Shown here piece by piece: positions 37,691 through 42,167 of a stretch of DNA of 42,167 nucleotides. Source of the stretch: Octopus sinensis (taxonomy: Eukaryota); the NCBI RefSeq assembly GCF_006345805.1, contig NW_021835766.1, positions 1 to 42,167 of the forward strand. Direction: 5' to 3'. The notes under the pieces were generated by a model. It was not told where the DNA came from, made no database searches, and saw only the letters and a list, made by a program, of their open reading frames with translations. The stretch's first letter is position 1. The number at the start of each line of letters is the position of its first letter. The translations under genes were made by a program, and so were the position numbers.

Positions 37691-39242
37691 TAAGCAATTT
37701 AAGGTTAATTAACACTTCTATACCAGACTTTAGCGTTTGAATAACAAACTCATTGATAACGAATGACATCTCTGGGACAAGTGTTAGATGCATTTATAAC
37801 ACATTTAGAAGAATTCGTGTTTGCTTCTCAGGAATTGGAGATAGTTACGAAATATTTGGTTAATGCCTATTACACTTGATGCTATGGTATGAAACGTTTA
37901 TGGTGTCACACCAGTGTGCCAACTTCCCACGAGACATGATATTGTTGCCAAAACTCACAAGAAGGAATGTCTTAATTGCCATAGCAAAAGCACTAGAATA
38001 TGGATGCAGCTGCACATTAAAATAGAGAATGCTGGTGGAATATTCCTGAAGAAACAGCAATCACCACAGACATGTTATTTTACTTTGAAACAGAGGAACA
38101 AAATATTGCACATTTGTAGGCGACTGCCAAACGGTTATGAATGTTTCGTTTAAATTTGTAGAAAAGAAAAAGAGAACATCTCTGATGAAACCATGCGAAA
38201 CTTGTAGTTCTTCAAGACACTCTTTAAAATGTTCATACATAGCTATAAGAATGGGTGTAATGGACTTCGTAACAAAAGGATTGTATAAAAATCTGGGAAT
38301 GCCGGAATTTTCCAAGAAAGTACAAAGACAATTGACTTGCATCCATCTAACGAATTTTCTTTCTATGTTCACGCATCTCTGTCTGTTCTCTCTCTCTCTC
38401 TCTCTCTCTCTCACTTTCTCTCTCTTTCTCTCTCTCGCGCGCTTTCTTTCTCCCACACACCCCACTCCAACCACACCACACCCACACACATATGAATAAA
38501 GACAAATCACACACTTATGTACCAGAGAAACATATACACACAACACTTGAGTGTAACTCTATCCACATACTTAAACATGCCCAATTTAATTCAGTGACAT
38601 GTTCATAAATTCATGGAAACTGTCTCTACTCAAACGGAAAAAGATTGTGCCACTTTGTTAGTAACAAACGTTGAATTCTGCAGAGAAGTTACTTTATAAT
38701 CTCAAGGGATAACACACGTTCATATGCCTAATATACCTACACTCTTACATAAATACATACACAAATATATACATGCATACATACATATGTACGTACATAC
38801 ATACATACATATATACATACATACGTACATACGAACATACATACATATATACATACTTACAAATATTCATGCATACATACGTGCATACATACATATATAT
38901 ATACATATATATATATATACATGTATGCATGCATAAGTACATACGTACACACATACGTATATACATATATATAATTATATATGCATACATACGTACACAC
39001 ATACATATGTATATGCATATATACTTACGTACGTACGTACGTACATACATATGCATACATACACGCACGCGCGCGCATACATACATACATATATATACGT
39101 ACACACATATATATACATAACACACTGCCTAAATACTAATCAAAACCCGGAAATAAGAAAGCTAATTCGAAGATTACAGATTTAATCCATCACGGGAACT
39201 GTAAAAATCTATGAAACTTTCCAGTAGTTTATTATTTGAATA

Positions 39243-39590
39243 TATATGAGCATGTCTAGACATGCAACTATATGCATGAGAATACATGCATAAAACAAAA
39301 CATGCAAATCTGCATATATATATAAATACATACATACAAACAAAAATACCCTATTGTTGAAATTCTAATGAAGGAGCCTTGAATTTAGGTTAGAAACCGG
39401 TTCTTTATTAGCAAAATATCTTGAAATAAAACTGTAAAATTCTGTAAAATATATATAATATATATGAGCATGTCTAGATATTTAACTATATGCATGAGAA
39501 TACGTATACATACATACATACATACATACATACATACATACATACATACATACATACATACATGTATACATGCATAAATACATACATACA

Positions 39591-39624
<34 letters not shown>

Positions 39625-39641
39625 CATACAGACAGACAGAC

Positions 39642-39688
<47 letters not shown>

Positions 39689-39795
39689 ATACCCTGTTGT
39701 TGATGTTGAAATTCCAATGACAGAGCCTTGGATCTAGTTTAGAAACCGGTTCTTTCTCCAATGGCAAAAAATTTTGAAATAAAATTGAACAATGA
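39243..39795. repeat. Diverged tandem duplication of a repeat fragment plus flank
   Basis: TATATGAGCATGTCTAGA..AACTATATGCATGAGAATAC at ~39243 and ~39461; GAGCCTTG..TTAGAAACCGGTTCTTT at ~39374 and ~39723. Confidence 0.75.
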
Positions 39796-39907
39796 CACTA
39801 CATACGACTATGATTTCAGTTAATTCCTTGACCTGGAAAATGCTGAGAAACGGAGTGAAATGGAGAGTGCCAGAGTGCTATTTTACCATTATTATTATTA
39901 TTAGTAT

Positions 39908-39983
<76 letters not shown>

Positions 39984-40506
39984 TATCATCATCATCGTCA
40001 TCGTCGTCGTCGTTTCTTACTGCTACGTAAGGTCAGCTGAACGTTGGTGTAGAGATAATTGGAGGAGGAAAAGGAGGAGGAGAAATCAGGATAAAAAGTA
40101 GTTGGGTGGGGGTGATTAAAAGCGGGTAGGTAAGGGGTTTGTCGTGTACATGCTTGAGGCGTTTCACTTCGATAATAAAAGCCTGAATGGTCAGGGTTTC
40201 GAAATGGGTGGAGAGAAACGAATACGAAAAAAAATCCCGCTTTTATCAAATCAAATTTCACGATATAAAACGGCCCCTAACTTTTTTTTGCTCTCGTTTT
40301 CCTGTTTTTTTTTTTTTTGCTTTGTTTTGTTTTGTTTTGCTTTTTTCTGATAATAGGTTTTCTCACCGAATTTTCTCACCCTCTCACCCCACACCACACC
40401 GCACACACACTCACACATACATACACACACATACATGTGTATGTATACATATGAGTATATATGTACATATATATATATATATATACACATACATATATAT
40501 ATATAT

Positions 40507-40555
<49 letters not shown>

Positions 40556-40599
40556 TACACACAAACATATATATATACCTACACACATACATACTTAGA

Positions 40600-41135
40600 C
40601 ACACACATGCAATCATACAAGAATACATATACACATATATACAAACATACATACATGCATACATACGTACATACATATATGCATGCATACATACAGACAG
40701 AAATACAATCATTAAGGCATACACATTTATACATAAATACATAGACACATACAATCATACAAGCATACATACATATACACATACATACATGCATGTGTAT
40801 ATACAAATATACATACGTACATACATACATACATGCATGCATACATACATACATTTATACATACATGCATGCATGCATACATACAGACACAAATACAATC
40901 ATACAAGCATACACATATATACATAAATACATAGACACACATACAATCATACAACCATACATACATATGCACATACATACATGCATGTGTATATACAAAC
41001 ATACATACATGCATGCAGACATGCAGACATACGTACAAACATACATGCATACATACATACAGACACAAATACAATCATACAAGCATACACATATATACAT
41101 AAATACGTAGACACACATACAATCATACATACATA
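40600..41135. repeat. Higher-order repeat (~176-190 bp period) built from TACA-type microsatellite
   Basis: ACAGACA(C/G)AAATACAATCAT...CATAAATAC(A/G)TAGACAC at ~40693, ~40883 and ~41059. Confidence 0.8.
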
Positions 41136-41290
41136 CATATATACATTCTTACGCTCCCATTTGCATATATGTTGATACCTGATGTCTCATAAAAAAAAAA
41201 CACACAAAAACAACAACAGTAATTAAAGTGCCAACAGGCTTATGGGATACTTGATATGCCTGCATGCATGCATGCATGCATGTATATATG

Positions 41291-41324
<34 letters not shown>

Positions 41325-41664
41325 TGTATGTATGTATGTATGTATGTATGTGTGTATTTGCTATTTACATATGCGTATATTTATATATGTATTGTCTAGC
41401 AACCTAGTATTTAACGTTGCGCCTATTCATACATAACTTCTAAGTATTACACCAGATAATTATTTTTTTAATATTTCATTCCACTTCAAAGCCATTTTCT
41501 GCGTTTGCGACAAATTTCTGCTATGCCTGAGAATATATACCAGATAAGCTTCATACTGTGACCAAAGGAAATGTTGAAAGCGAAGAGAATTTATATCAAA
41601 TTTATATACCACATTAATTGATATGCTACTGTAATTAATATAGCACACTAATTAATAAACCACA

Positions 41665-41777
41665 GTACTAGGCTTTAAAAACTAAGCCTTGAGGTCGATT
41701 TGCTCGACTAAAATCCCTCAAAGTGGTGCTCCAACATGGCCGCTGTCAGATGACTGAAATAAATAAAAGAATAAAAG
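41665..41777 (+). mobile_element. SINE family B 3' fragment
   Basis: AGTACTAGGCTT...GGTCGATTTGCTCGAC...GTGCTCCAACATGGCCGC...GACTGAAATAAATAAAAGA. Confidence 0.8.
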
Positions 41778-41840
41778 AAGATACTGATGTATATATCTAT
41801 GGGTATATGTGTGTGTGACTGGATATATATATATATATAT

Positions 41841-42045
41841 TCTTTTATTCTTTTACCTCTTTCAGACATTTTGACTGTAGCCATGCTGGAGCACCGCCTT
41901 TTAGTCGAAGAAATCAACCCCTGGACCTATTCTTTGTAAGGCTGGTACATATTCTATCGCTCTCTTTTGCCGAACCGCTAAGTTATGGGGACGTAAAGAC
42001 ACCAAAATCGGTTGTCAAGCGGTAGTGGAGGGACAAACACAGACG
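41841..42045 (-). mobile_element. SINE family B 3' half
   Basis: Homologous to 302-500. Confidence 0.85.
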
Positions 42046-42112
42046 AGAACACACAAATACACACACACCACACACACTACACACACACACACATATATTA
42101 TATATTATATAT

Positions 42113-42143
<31 letters not shown>

Positions 42144-42167
42144 TTGATAATTTAGGGTATCTAAGAG

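Noticed and set aside
37760-38350. Complex coding-like sequence with short ORFs
   Set aside because: Multiple stops and no motif I can recognise; possibly a decayed transposon.

Overview
Eukaryotic, AT-rich intronic or intergenic DNA, very dense in microsatellites. The SINE types and the GC-rich 18S fragment point to a coleoid cephalopod, probably Octopus (inference, not database-checked). I find no supportable host protein-coding gene; nearly all ORFs in the track are translations of simple repeats. The window is a mosaic of mobile-element debris: about four tRNA-derived SINE families (labelled A-D here), two CR1-group LINE 3' fragments, an RTE LINE, a decayed HERO/NeSL-like LINE, Penelope-like GIY-YIG remnants with hammerhead-like motifs, Helitron-type 3' ends, a mariner-type MITE, an 18S rRNA pseudogene fragment and several long hairpins. 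The best leads are: (i) a TSD-flanked RTE insertion with a precise 5' inversion, matching twin-priming geometry; (ii) family-A SINE head-to-tail arrays whose junction (GAAATACC) is also the end of the TSD of an independent single insertion; (iii) SINEs sharing 3' tails with LINE-type elements in the same window, one with a covarying stem; (iv) minimal and possibly permuted hammerhead ribozyme motifs; and (v) several potential dsRNA hairpins. All of this was read by eye; no searches or folding were run.
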